Assembly: GCA_964234715.1 (NCBI GenBank)
Contig: OZ174279.1
Length of the DNA stretch: 64,000 bases
DNA from: Podarcis melisellensis
Lineage: Eukaryota
Direction: 5' to 3' (one strand)
The notes below the pieces were generated by a model. It was not told the origin of the DNA. It saw only the letters and a program-made list of their open reading frames with translations, and did no database searches. Every line of letters begins with the position of its first letter. The first letter of the stretch is position 1. This document shows positions 12,501 to 23,118 of the stretch, one piece after another. The position numbers and the translations under genes are program-made.

Positions 12501-13117
12501 TCTTATATCTCTTTAAAATGTGACAGCTATTGTGTGGCTCAAAAGGAAGATTACCTAAAGCTTCAGTAAAGGTTTTTCTCTTTCCTGGCATTAGCGATCC
12601 ATTTACAGCAATGTCAGCAGCACAAGTACTCTCAGACCAACAAAGCAGAACAGATTCTACAACTGTATTGCTATTTTCTGTTACACCCTTGGAGAAGGAC
12701 AAGAAAACACTGTTTTATACTCCTATCCATTTCTCCATCTGGTTTTTTTAAATATATTATGACAGATTTGCTCCTCTGGGCACTGATAATGGTTTGAATG
12801 TTAGTGCCTAACAAAGAATAACAAATGTAATAGGAACAGAGGATAAAAACTGATATAGAATCACAGAATTGGGAGTGACTCTGAGGGTTATCTAGTTCAA
12901 CACCCTGCAATGCAGGAATCTCTAAAGCATCCATGACAGATGGCCATCCAGCCTCTGCTTTAAAAGCTCTGGTGAAGGAGAAGCCATCGTCTCCCAGGGG
13001 AGTCCATTCCACTGTTGAATAGCACTTACCATCAAAAAGTTATTCCTGATGTTTAGTCATAATCTCCTTTCTTGTAACTTGAATCCTTTCATTCAGGTCC
13101 TAACCTCCAGAGGAGGA

Positions 13118-14650
13118 ATCATAGAATCATAGAGTTGGAAGAGACCACAAGGGCCATTGAGTCCAACCCCCTGCCAAGCAGGAAACACCATCAGAGCACT
13201 CCTGACATATGGTTGTCAAACTCTGCTTAAAGACCTCCAAAGAAGGAGACTCCACCACACTCCTTGGCAGCAAATTCCACCATCGAACAGCTCTTACTGT
13301 CAGGAAGTTCTTCCTAATGTTTAGGTGGAATCTTCTTTCTTGTAGTTTGGATCCATTGCTCTGTGTCCGCTTCTCTGGAGCAGCAGAAAACAACCTTTCT
13401 CCCTCCTCTATGTGACATCCTTTTATATATTTGAACATGGCTATCATATCACCCCTTAACCTCCTCTTCTCCAGGCTAAACATGCCCAGCTCCCTTAGCC
13501 GTTCCTCATAAGGCATCGTTTCCAGGCCTTTGACCATTTTGGTTGCCCTCCTCTGGACACGTTCCAGTTTGTCAGTGTCCTCCTTGAACTGTGGTGCCCA
13601 GAACTGGACACAGTACTCCAGGTGAGGTCTGACCAGAGCAGAATACAGTGGCATTATTACTTCCCTTGATCTAGATGCTATACTCCTATTGATGCAGCCC
13701 AGAATTGCATTGGCTTTTTTAGCTGCTGCGTCACACTGTTGGCTCATGTCAAGTTTGTGGTCAACCAAGACTCCTAGATCCTTTTCACATGTACTGCTCT
13801 CAAGCCAGGTGTCACCCATCTTGTATTTGTGCCTCTCTCTTTTTTTTGCCCAAGTGCAATACTTTACATTTCTCCCTGTTAAAATTCATCTTGCTTGTTT
13901 TGGCCCAGTTCTCTAATCTGTCAAGGTCATTTTGAAGTGTGATCCTGTCCTCTGGGGTGTTAGCCACCCCTCCCAGTTTGGTGTCATCTGCAAATTTGAT
14001 CAGGATGCCCTTGAGTCCATCATCCAAGTTGTTGATAAAGATGTTGAATAAGACTGGGCCCAAGACAGAACCCTGTGGCACCCCACTAGTCACTCTTCTC
14101 CAGGATTAAGAGGAACCATTGGTGAGCACCCTTTGGGTTCGGTCAGTCAGCCAGTTACAAATCCACTGAGTGGTAGCATAGTCAAGACCGCATTTTACCA
14201 GCTTCTTTACATGAATATCATGGGGCACCTTGTCAAATGCCTTGCTGAAATCAAGGTAGGCTACATCCACTGCGTTCCCTTCATCTACCAGGCTTTTAAT
14301 TCTGTCAAAAAACGAGATCAGGTTTGTCTGACATGACTTATTTTTAAGAAATCCATGCTGACTACTGGTGATCACAGCATTCCTTTCTAGGTGCTCACAG
14401 ACTGTTTGCTTAATTATCTGCTCCAGAATCTTCCCTGGTATTGATGTCAGACTGACTGGGCGGTAATTATTTGGGTCCTCTCTTTTCCCCTTTTTGAAAA
14501 TAGGGACAACATTTGCCCTCCTCCAGTCTGCTGGGACTTCGCCTGTTCTCCAGGAATTCTCAAAGATGACTGCCAGTGGTTCTGAGATCACATCTGCCAG
14601 TTCTTTTAATACTCTTGGATGCAGTTCATCTGGCCCTGGAGACTTGAAAT
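13118..14650 (-). pseudogene. Younger 5'-truncated CR1 LINE ORF2 (reverse transcriptase), disabled
   Basis: ORFs 14106..14720, 13812..14093 and 13127..13819 contain [31 protein letters not shown] and LVRPHLEYC. Premature TAA at 14106-14108; frameshift in a homopolymer run near 13840; (ATTCTATG)n-type tail at 13118. Confidence 0.93.
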
Positions 14651-14975
14651 ATTTGAACATGGCCATTATATCTCCTCTCTGTCTCCTCTTTTCCAGGCTA
14701 AACATACCCAACACTCTCAAAATGCTTGGTTTCCAGACCCTTCATCATCCTGATCGCCCTCCTCTGCACACATTCCAGGTTGTCAATATCCTCCTTAAAT
14801 TGTGGCACCCAGAACTGGACACAGTACTCCAAGCATAGTCTGACCAAGTACTATTCCTTCCCTTGATCTGGACATTATACTGTTGATTCAGCCTAGAATA
14901 GCAGTAGGGTTTTTTTTTGCAGCTACGTCACACTGTTGACTCATGTTAAGGTTGTGGTCTGCTAAGGTCCTAGAT

Positions 14976-15199
14976 CAGGGGTTGGCAAACTAAGGCCAGT
15001 GGGCCGGATAAGACCCGAGGGGCTCTTTAATCTGGCCCGAGGATCCTGCTGCCCGCACGGTCAGTCCCCGCACTAAACCAGAGAGAGAAGCCCCCCTCTA
15101 CTGGTGTTTGGTCTGTGTGCGTGGGTGGGTGGTCGAGCCCGCCAGAAGATTTGAGGGACAGTGAGCTGTCCCACTGGTAGAAAAGCTTGCCAACCCCTA
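14976..15199. mobile_element. hAT (Charlie-like) MITE nested in CR1
   Basis: TIRs CAGGGGTTGGCAA/TTGCCAACCCCTA; 8-bp TSD tcctagat/tcctaaat. Confidence 0.85.
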
Positions 15200-15329
15200 T
15201 CCTAAATCCTTTCCACAAGTACTGCTGGGAAGCCAGGTGTCCCCCATCTCATATTTGTGCTGCTGGTTCTTCCTGCCTAAGTGTAGGACCTTATGTTTGA
15301 CTCTACTGAAATCTGTTTGTTAGTTTTGA

Positions 15330-15460
15330 CTCAGTCTCTCAGCCCCACTCACCTCACAGAGTGTTTGTTGTGGGGGAGGAAGGGAAAGGAGAATGTTAGC
15401 CGCCTTGAGACTCCTTCGGATAGTGATAAAGCGGGATATCAAATCCAAACTCTTCTTCAG
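15330..15460 (+). mobile_element. 3' part of a squamate L2-tailed SINE (Squam3-like)
   Basis: ctctcagccccactcacctcacagagtgtttgttgtgggg...gcgggatatcaaatccaaactcttcttc resembles, from memory, the Squam3/L2-type 3' end. Confidence 0.55.
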
Positions 15461-17076
15461 TTCTCCAATCCGTTATGGTAATCTGGAATCCCAACTACTG
15501 CAATGCACGCAGGTGACTTGGAAATAATAAATACTATTATAATTTATTTCATTCCCCTGATCCACCAAGCCTGTCACTGTATCCACCCCAAATGAGATTC
15601 ATCTGGCATGACTTGTTTTTGAGAAACCCATTCTAGATGTTATTAATTGCAGCATCCTTTTCAAAGTGCTCGTAGACCAACTGTGGAATTATCTGTTATT
15701 TGACTTTTCCTGGTATCAATGTCAAACTGATTGGTCGGTACTTAACTGGATCTTCTCTCCCACGCCCCAACACACCTTTTTTTAAAATAAAAGATGTGGA
15801 CCTCACCTGTTCTTCAAGAATTTTGAAAAATTAGAGACAGAGGCTCTGAGATTATATCTGCAAGCTCCTTTAGTACCCTTAAGTGCAACTCATCAGGCTT
15901 TGGAGATTTGAATGTCTTTGAGTAGCTCTTTTCCTCTCTTGGGCTGCAGCTCCCTCATCTGTAAAAGAAAGTCCTATATAGTCCTTCCCACCTAGGAGGG
16001 TGGGTGGAACTAGGTCAGACCTGGAAGTCTCTTTCTGGAGGGACCACAGTTATACTTTTCAGCACATGGGGCTGTGGTCAGCAACTCCTGACAGTATTTT
16101 CTCACTGTACCAGGCTCATCACATTCTTACAAGCCTGTTTTGTTAAGGTAAGAATAATAGAATGTGAATACCTACACTGGAGCATGGACATTTTCTTCAG
16201 GCTCTCCAATGCTGATGGTCACATGAGGATGTGCAGCTGGCCTTGGAGCTTATTGGAGTTGAGACCCCCCCTCCCAAACTTGCATTCAATATTTTCTTCT
16301 AAGCTCCCTGGGGAGCCAATAACAATATAAAGTGATATACAAATATATTAAATAAATTACAGTAGTGCTAGCACCCAATCATGTGCTCTCTGGAAAATAA
16401 CAGAGTGCATATTATGAAGGCGTTTAATGTTCTGATTCTTAGTGTTTTGTATCTAAATAGTGCTGCTGAACAGCGTATTGTTGAGTCACCCAGTTAAGTG
16501 TAATAAATTATAGACTAATGCATCTCCTTCTGTTGCTGTTTTGTCTGCCAGTCAATGCATAAATGTGTCAGTCTTATTTTTAAGCACTAGGATTAAATCA
16601 TGATAAAACTGTAGTTTTAAAGGCAATTCCAAATTGTAAAAAATAAAATAAAAAATTCCAGCATTGTGCAGAATCTCTAGAGCGTCATATAGCAACACTA
16701 TTTTTAGGTATAATCCCACATAACCATGGCTTTAGAAAAAGCTAACCATTGCTTTTTATTTTTTGCATAACAGTAAGACAAACCATAGCTAAGGAAGAGT
16801 ATGTGATCATGTGGGTATTCACTGTAAAAAATATGGCGGCTTCACCTGCTCCCCAGTCTTCTTGTTACTACACTATGGTTTTGCTGTAAACAGACCATGA
16901 GCTGCAACCAAGGTTTGTTCTTGTAGTATTACATAGCGCTATGCCAAACCATGGCCCAATAACCTGGAATGTTCTATGTTAGCTACCACTACTTTACTTC
17001 ATTTAAATATCACCAACCCCGTCTACTTACCACTGTACTCCTCTTTCTTCTTATGCTTTAACTGTTAAGTTTACAT

Positions 17077-17462
17077 AGGTAAAGGTAAAAAGGTAAAGGA
17101 CCCCTGGACACTTAAGTCCAGTCAAAGGTGACTATGAGGTGCAGCGCTCATCTTGCTTTTCAGGCTGAGGGAGATGGCGTTTGTCCACAAACAGCTTTCT
17201 GGGTCATGTGGCCAGCATGACTAAACCGCTACTGGCCCACAGAGGACCATGACAAGTGCCAGAGCACACGGAAACACAGTTTACCTTCCTGCCACAGTGG
17301 TACCTATTTATCTACTTGTACTGGTGTGCTTTCAAACTGCTAGGTTGGCAGGAGCTGGGCCAGAGCAACAGGAGCTCACCCTGTCACGCAGATTCGAACT
17401 GCCAACCTTCTGATCGGCAAGCCCAGCTCAATAGTTTAGATCACAGCGCCACCCGCCTCCCC
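17077..17462 (-). mobile_element. Sauria SINE, full length
   Basis: (ACCTTT)n tail; core gggtcatgtggccagcatgact; 11-bp TSD taagtttacat (17066-17076, 17463-17473). Confidence 0.92.
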
Positions 17463-18480
17463 TAAGTTTACATCGGAGCCTAAGGCGAAGAACATTTTTT
17501 GGGGGAAATTAAGTCCAAGTATTATGTTTTCTGCATCACTCTTATCTGTGTGTTTCTTGAAACACTGCAAGAATACTAAAAAATCAATAAAGGTAATTCA
17601 TGATTTCTTTTTCTTTAAGAATCCATGGTGATTCTTCCTCAGCAATATTTTTACCTTCTATATTAGCCTTCCCTAACTGGTGCCTTTCAGATATTGCTGA
17701 ACTTCAGTTCCAACTGGCGTCGGTTAATAAAACCCATAGAGATGATGGGAGCTGCAGTCTACATCAGCCCCCCACTAGGTTGGGAAGCCTGTTCTATATG
17801 GCTAATAATTAAAATATCAGCACTTTTCAATTTACGTTGGACAGGACAGCTGTTAGGCTAACTTCCCTTTAATTTTCTGTTTATTTCTTACTCCTTTTTC
17901 TAAATTGGCTTCTGGTAAAGAAGCAGATCATAGTGTCAAGTTGTAAATGCTTGTTAAAGTACTAACAATTTCAAATTTGAATACAAATGCTCTGGTGTAT
18001 GCCATCTGGACCCAGTGACTGTTTAATCTGTCAATTAGCCCTAGAGCTTAATATTTTGTCACCTCTGTTCAACTAGTTCTTTAGATGCCTTTCTCCCAAA
18101 AAAGTAGTTAAGTAAAGAGTTATGTCCAACTTTTTTTACAGTAAATTCATAGGTAAATTGCAGCTCCTTGTCAATTTCTCTGTCCACTTGCATGAGTACT
18201 TTTACCCTCTTTTCTCTAATTATCTGAATTCTGTGGTGGGAAACTGAGAGAATCCAGTTGAGGACATATTGTTCCTTTGGGATAATGGTGTAATCTTTTA
18301 ACACTCATAAAGTGGGGATATGGTAGAACTTGTCAACAACACACAAGAAGACCTGTCACTTGCTTAAAAAGCTCTGAGCTGCTCTAGGTTTCTGATAGGT
18401 TCACCACATGTAGGTTGCCTGTCTTCCACCATTTTGGCTCGAGGTTTCTTGCAGTACCATGCTGATTTATCGGTTTAGTC

Positions 18481-18616
18481 CAGGTACCCCCAAACTTGGG
18501 CCTCCAGATGTTTTGGAACTACAACTCCCATCACCCCTAGCTAACAGGACCAGTGGTCAGGGATGATAGGAATTGTAGTCCTAAAACATCTGGAGGACCG
18601 AGTTTGGGGGTGCCTG
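18481..18616. mobile_element. Palindromic hAT-Charlie (URR1-like) MITE
   Basis: Near-palindrome containing actacaactcccatc; perfect 8-bp TSD gtttagtc. Older relatives at ~17665-17790, 54583-54715, 55790-55920 and 58274-58395. Confidence 0.85.
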
Positions 18617-19261
18617 GTTTAGTCAATTCATATCCTGCCCCACATCCATGGACCTCTGGATGGGTGACAGTAAAATTCCCAGAAGACAGAAATAACGATA
18701 CAAGTACAATAGAAACAGTACATACTTGAAACAAATCTCAAATACTGACTCTGCTGTCCAATGGCTTAAGAAAGCAGACAGGTCAAATGAAACCTGGTGT
18801 CTAAACACTGGCTGCCACTGGTTTATTTTAATGGTGTAGGAAGGGGATTTGATATTGTTTCTTTCCTCCCTGACATTGAATTTACACAGGAACTTAACAC
18901 ACCTGCCTCCCTTACCTTTTGAGGGTCTTTCTACTGTTGAAGCTGTCACTCTTCTTGTTGTATCTCTGTACAATTCGCATTGCTGTAGCTTCCTCACAAC
19001 GTTTGCTTTTGCAAAACAGGATTGTTCGTGTGGAATTGTGTGCATTTGAAAAATGAGACTGAGACTTTATTTTAAAATAAACTACATATTTTTGTTATAG
19101 CAGCAATCCATGGGCAATAAATGTGTGCATATATATATATCTACGAAATCTACGAAAGCATATATATATATATATATATATTTGCTTTCGTAGATTTTCA
19201 CGGGTACAGGAATGCAGGTTTTGGTGTCCTCGGGTGTCTTCCCGTGTAAAAGTTGGGGTGT

Positions 19262-19305
19262 CTAGGCGACGTTTCGACGAGGTCTCACTCGTCATCTTCA
19301 GGCTG
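19262..19305 (-). ncRNA. Minimal type I hammerhead ribozyme motif in the Poseidon-type terminal repeat
   Basis: The - strand reads agc-CTGAAGA-T-GACGAG-tgagac-CTCGTC-GAAA-CG-TC^gcc: perfect 6-bp stem II, palindromic ACGT stem III, weak stem I. Confidence 0.72.
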
Positions 19306-20829
19306 GTGCTTTCGGCTTCTTGTTACTGGAACAGAGCAGGATCTCAGTGTTTGAGTTCCTATAAATACTGTTGAGGGGGTGTGGTGTATAGCCTCCAATG
19401 TTCTGGGCAGAGAGGAAGTTCCCAGGCTAGTGTGCCTTTTCTTCTTTTGTTCCTTAATTACTTGAGGGATATCTTGAGTGATTTCTTGAGTGATATCCTG
19501 AGTACCACTTAGGTGGGTCATTAGGTGTGGATTAGTTGCTAAAGTCTTTGTGTCTTGACCTCTTGAACTTTGTGAAGAGTTTTTCTGAGAAGATGGCTGT
19601 ACTGCACTTAGTTGTGCTCTGGCTTGGCTTCGTGTATAGGGGCGAGCTGTGGTTTTGTGGCCTGTGTCAGCCAGATCTGTGTAGGGATTGCAGGGGGGTG
19701 CAGCATCCGGAGGTGCCACCATGGTTTGGCTACTGGATGGTGTCTGTAATTTATCTGTGGAGAGGGTCTGGGTTTGGGTCTGGTGTGGTTGATTGGTGAT
19801 GGCGTTCTGTGTGCCTCTGGATCTGGTGTCAGTTTTTGTGGGGAGGGCTAATTTCCAGATGTCTGGCAAGCGGGATGTGTCGTCACGCTTGTTCATGTTG
19901 TGAGGGTGTTTCTCTATCTCGATGGCTTCCATGATTATTCTCTTGTGGTGATGTTCCATGTTAAAGAGCAATTTGGAATCTGCAAAATTAATTTCGTGTC
20001 CTGTTTCTTTCATGTGTTGGAAAAGAGAGGAAGTTTTTTCTTCTTTTTTGACGGCATTCTTGTGTTCTGCGATACGTGCATTTATTCGTCTGTTTGTTTG
20101 TCCAATGTACGTGGCTGGGCAGACTTTGCAGGGTATTTCATAGACCCCTTGGTTTTCCAACTGGATTTTATCCTTGGGGTTTCTGAGGATATTGGCTATT
20201 TTTTGGTTGGTGCAAAAGGCTGTTTTGATATTGTGTTTATGGAGGATTTTGCTAATTTTATCTGTAGTGCCCTTGATATAAGGAAGGAGGGCCATGCCAT
20301 TGTTTTCTTCTGTGTCTTGGTTTTTGGGGGGTGTTTCTTTTTGGATTAGCTTCGTAACCCTGTTTTGCTGGTATCCATTGGCAATTAACACATTTGAGAG
20401 ATTCTGTAACTCAGTTGTCAAGTGGTCTTTGTCAGCCAGGCGTTTGGTTCTGGAGATGAGAGTCTTGGCTACGGAGTTTATTTGTGCAGGGTGGTGGTGT
20501 GATTGTGCATGTAAGTAGCGGTTGGTGTGTGTTTTTTTCCGGTAGATAGTGTGTCCTAGGGAGCCATCAGGTTTTTTGTAGATTAGGACGTCAAGGAAGG
20601 GAAGTTGGTTGTTGGCTTCTATTTCCATAGTGAATTGTATTTTGGGGTGTAGGCTGTTGAGATGTGTGAGGAAGCTATCCAGTTTTTCCTTCCCGTGTGG
20701 CCAAATTACAAAGGTGTCGTCAACATATCTGAGCCAAAGTTTGGGTTTGTGTTCTGACTTGTCTAAAGCATTGGTTTCAAAGTGTTCCATGTACAGGTTT
20801 GCGATGACCGGTGAGAGGGGTGATCCCAT
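19285..20829 (-). CDS. Penelope-like RT (C-terminal half) plus GIY-YIG endonuclease; partial, N-terminus missing
   Basis: MGSPLSPVIANLYME, WLRYVDDTF, LPFLDV, YRKKTHTNRYL and GVYEIPC..C...YIGQT.R....RIAEH. The first ~23 aa of the listed 537-aa ORF come from the adjacent LTR and (TA) spacer, not from the element. Confidence 0.9.
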   Translation of the reverse strand: MGSPLSPVIANLYMEHFETNALDKSEHKPKLWLRYVDDTFVIWPHGKEKLDSFLTHLNSLHPKIQFTMEIEANNQLPFLDVLIYKKPDGSLGHTIYRKKTHTNRYLHAQSHHHPAQINSVAKTLISRTKRLADKDHLTTELQNLSNVLIANGYQQNRVTKLIQKETPPKNQDTEENNGMALLPYIKGTTDKISKILHKHNIKTAFCTNQKIANILRNPKDKIQLENQGVYEIPCKVCPATYIGQTNRRINARIAEHKNAVKKEEKTSSLFQHMKETGHEINFADSKLLFNMEHHHKRIIMEAIEIEKHPHNMNKRDDTSRLPDIWKLALPTKTDTRSRGTQNAITNQPHQTQTQTLSTDKLQTPSSSQTMVAPPDAAPPCNPYTDLADTGHKTTARPYTRSQARAQLSAVQPSSQKNSSQSSRGQDTKTLATNPHLMTHLSGTQDITQEITQDIPQVIKEQKKKRHTSLGTSSLPRTLEAIHHTPSTVFIGTQTLRSCSVPVTRSRKHQPEDDE

Positions 20830-20835
20830 ATATAT

Positions 20836-21649
20836 TGTCAGAGCTGCCTCTTGGTCCCAGCTCACAGAGGACCAACGCCAGGCTGTGTTTATGTACAAAG
20901 GTCTTTATTGAAGTTCAGTTTCCATTTCAAAGCCGCAGCGCGCAGCTCTACGTCCTAAACCCTAGACCGGCGAAGTCCCGTCTGAGTCTCCTCCCCTCTG
21001 ACACCAGTTTAATATCCTAGCCCTGCTCCACCTTTTCCGCTGCTCTCTCCTTCTCTGGGTCCTTCTGCCCGTTGGTGCATTCCCCTTTCTAGACTCCTCT
21101 GACGCTTAGCTCCTCCCCCTGCCTCCGGTGAGCTTTGGGACCTGGCTCCCAATCCTCATCCTCTGCGGTCCCGCGCTCCTGTACATTTGAACTTGCCTCT
21201 TGCGCCAATCCAGTGACCTTCCTCCTAACCGTTACACTACTCCTGTCACTGCTTCCCTCTTCCGGGATACTGGCCGGATCTGATCTCCCCTCCGTTGTCC
21301 GACTCTCCGATGGAGGCGTGGTCAGCCCTGCCTCGTCTTCTCTCCCTGGTGGGGAATCCACTGGCCCTGATACTTGGGACTTTTCCCCCTCACTATGCTC
21401 TGGTGGGGAAGCTGGTCCTGATTTCCAACTGCTGCTCTGGGAGTCCCTGCTCCCCCCTTGCTCCTGGGGCGTTCCCCTTGGGAACCCTTTACCCCTGGCC
21501 ACTGGCGCCCCCTTCTGCGAATCTTCCGATTCGCTGGAGAGACTCATGGAATCCCTCGGGCCACTGTCATATTCTCCTACGCTCCCCTCGGATTCTTCCC
21601 CTTCGCTCTCCATCTCCTCTCTTCCCTGTGCCTCTCCTCCTGAGCCTCT

Positions 21650-21653
<4 letters not shown>
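20836..21653 (-). mobile_element. Solo LTR (Gypsy-like, tentative)
   Basis: Ends TGTCAGAG...CTCTGACA; 5-bp flanks TATAT/TATAT; AATAAA on the - strand at ~20904-20909; TATA-like TATTAAA at ~21009-21015. Confidence 0.8.
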
Positions 21654-21690
<37 letters not shown>

Positions 21691-21693
<3 letters not shown>

Positions 21694-21788
21694 GGTTTTG
21701 GTGTCCTCGGGTGTCTTCTTTTACACGGGAAGACACCCGAGGACACCAAAACCTGCATTCCTGTACCCGTGAAAATCTACGAAAGCAA
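21691..21788 (+). mobile_element. Inverted, hairpin-forming terminal-repeat fragment of the Poseidon-type element
   Basis: Reverse complement of 19181-19250, preceded by its own fold-back (gcaggttttggtgtcctcgggtgtcttc / gaagacacccgaggacaccaaaacctgc); flanked by (TA)n on both sides. Confidence 0.88.
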
Positions 21789-22322
21789 ATATATATTTAT
21801 ATATATATATATTTATATATATATATATATGAGCAAATGCTGGGTCCTGTCTGTGAAGTGTCTGAGGTAGCAGAGGACAGAGCTAAAAGGAACACAGATG
21901 CAAGTTTATATTGTGCGTTTGTCCTTAACTCACCTAGTGATCCTTGACTTTTTTGTAAAGGACCTGTCAAAATGCCATATGTCCTCAGTTTCCACACTCT
22001 TTTTATTGCAGGATACTGAAATGTATTAGGAGTAATTAAGTTTATTATCTGTGTCCTAATGTGAGTCACTCTTTCTACAGATAACTATTGTGCAAAAAGA
22101 GAGAGGTCGTTTAGAAAGAGTCTGACCTTTATTATTGCCATCCTTTCAGAGATAATGACACAAACCCACAGTGTCTGCAGCCTATTCAAAGGACATGTCA
22201 GTTTACCAAGTCGTTAGTCGACATCCTAATAACACCAATTAAACTATTTGCTGCTGAAACATTTGCCTGGAAAGCAAAGATCTGGGCATTGAAGATTGTT
22301 TTACTCTTTGCAAGAATGTAGA

Positions 22323-22524
22323 TCCAGTTACAGATAGGTAGCCGTGTTGGTCTGCCATAGTCAAAACAAAATAAAAAAAATTCCTTCCAGTAGCACCTTA
22401 AAGACCAACTAAGTTAGTTCTTGGTATGAGCTTCTTGAAGTGTGCATGCACACGAAAGCTCATACCAAGAACTAACTTAGTTGGTCTTTAAGGTGCTGCT
22501 GGAAGGATTTTTTTTATTTTGTTT
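22323..22524. mobile_element. Fold-back Penelope-like terminal-repeat insertion
   Basis: Same family as 1-210; 12-bp TSD caagaatgtaga (22311-22322, 22525-22536). Confidence 0.85.
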
Positions 22525-23039
22525 CAAGAATGTAGAGTTTTGTATATAATACCTGTTAAGGGATGTTTTGTTTGTAGCCAGTGTAAACTATGTTTCTCCT
22601 CTTTTTAATGTGCTAATATATAAGTAGAAGTTCAATCCATTGTTCACCAGCTGTTGATTCTCCTTAAGTAAAGTTTAATTCTAAACCAATAATATTAGTA
22701 CATGTGACTTTGAAAAGCAATTAATTTTTGCTTATCAGTAAATTGAATTGTTAATTATCTTTTTATGATATCATGATATTAAATAGAAGTGAATATTTTT
22801 TCCAAAGGATTGCTTCTATTTCTTTTATTCTACATATGCTAATTTCCTTGATTAATTTTGAGAGCATCTGCATATAATTCTGCATATTTAACAGTGGTAA
22901 GTTTTCACTGCTTTCCTAATAACTGCAGCAAATTCTACTTTCCAGACAGTCTTGGATTTATATCTAATTTGGATGCCAAACTTACAAAGGTGCCAAAGTC
23001 TTAAGTGTGTAATTATGTAATTTTCTCTTGATCTTTCAG

Positions 23040-23118
23040 AGTCTTCCTGCGAGCAATTAATCAGTATGCAGATATGCTAAACAAGAAATTTCTTGATCAA
23101 ACCAACTTTGAGCTGCAG
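23040..23118 (+). CDS. DOCK1: DOCK1 internal exon (79 bp): (K)VFLRAINQYADMLNKKFLDQTNFELQ
   Basis: Polypyrimidine tract and acceptor tttcAG at 23038-23039; donor GTAAGA at 23119. The translation matches the DOCK1 peptide as I recall it (VFLRAINQYADMLNKKFLDQANFELQ). Phase joins the next exon. Confidence 0.96.

Larger units (their letters stand above)
12855..15930 (-). mobile_element. Older CR1 LINE, interrupted by a younger CR1, a hAT MITE and a SINE fragment; outer limits approximate
   Basis: CR1 3' end (atagaatcacagaattgg) at ~12855; diverged RT-homologous segments at 14650-14975, 15200-15330 and 15460-15930. Confidence 0.75.
19181..20830 (-). mobile_element. 5'-truncated Penelope/Poseidon-type retroelement
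   Basis: Uninterrupted RT + GIY-YIG frame; 3' terminal repeat ends ...aaaatctacgaaagcaaa abutting (TA)n; inverted copy of the terminal repeat at 21691-21788. Confidence 0.93.

Noticed and set aside
18059-18304. 81-aa ORF with faint resemblance to an LTR-retrotransposon RT segment
   Set aside because: No catalytic motif; similarity is too weak to call without an HMM search.
20830-20898. N-terminal 23 aa (MYINTAWRW...) of the 537-aa ORF as a real start
   Set aside because: It comes from the adjacent LTR end and TA repeat, and the RT lacks its N-terminal motifs, so this copy is not autonomous. An LTR-driven chimeric transcript is conceivable but unsupported.
1-23039. A nested antisense gene (INSYN2A/FAM196A lies in a DOCK1 intron in mammals) or additional DOCK1 exons
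   Set aside because: I saw no matching long ORF or recognisable exon here; the nested gene is expected further upstream.
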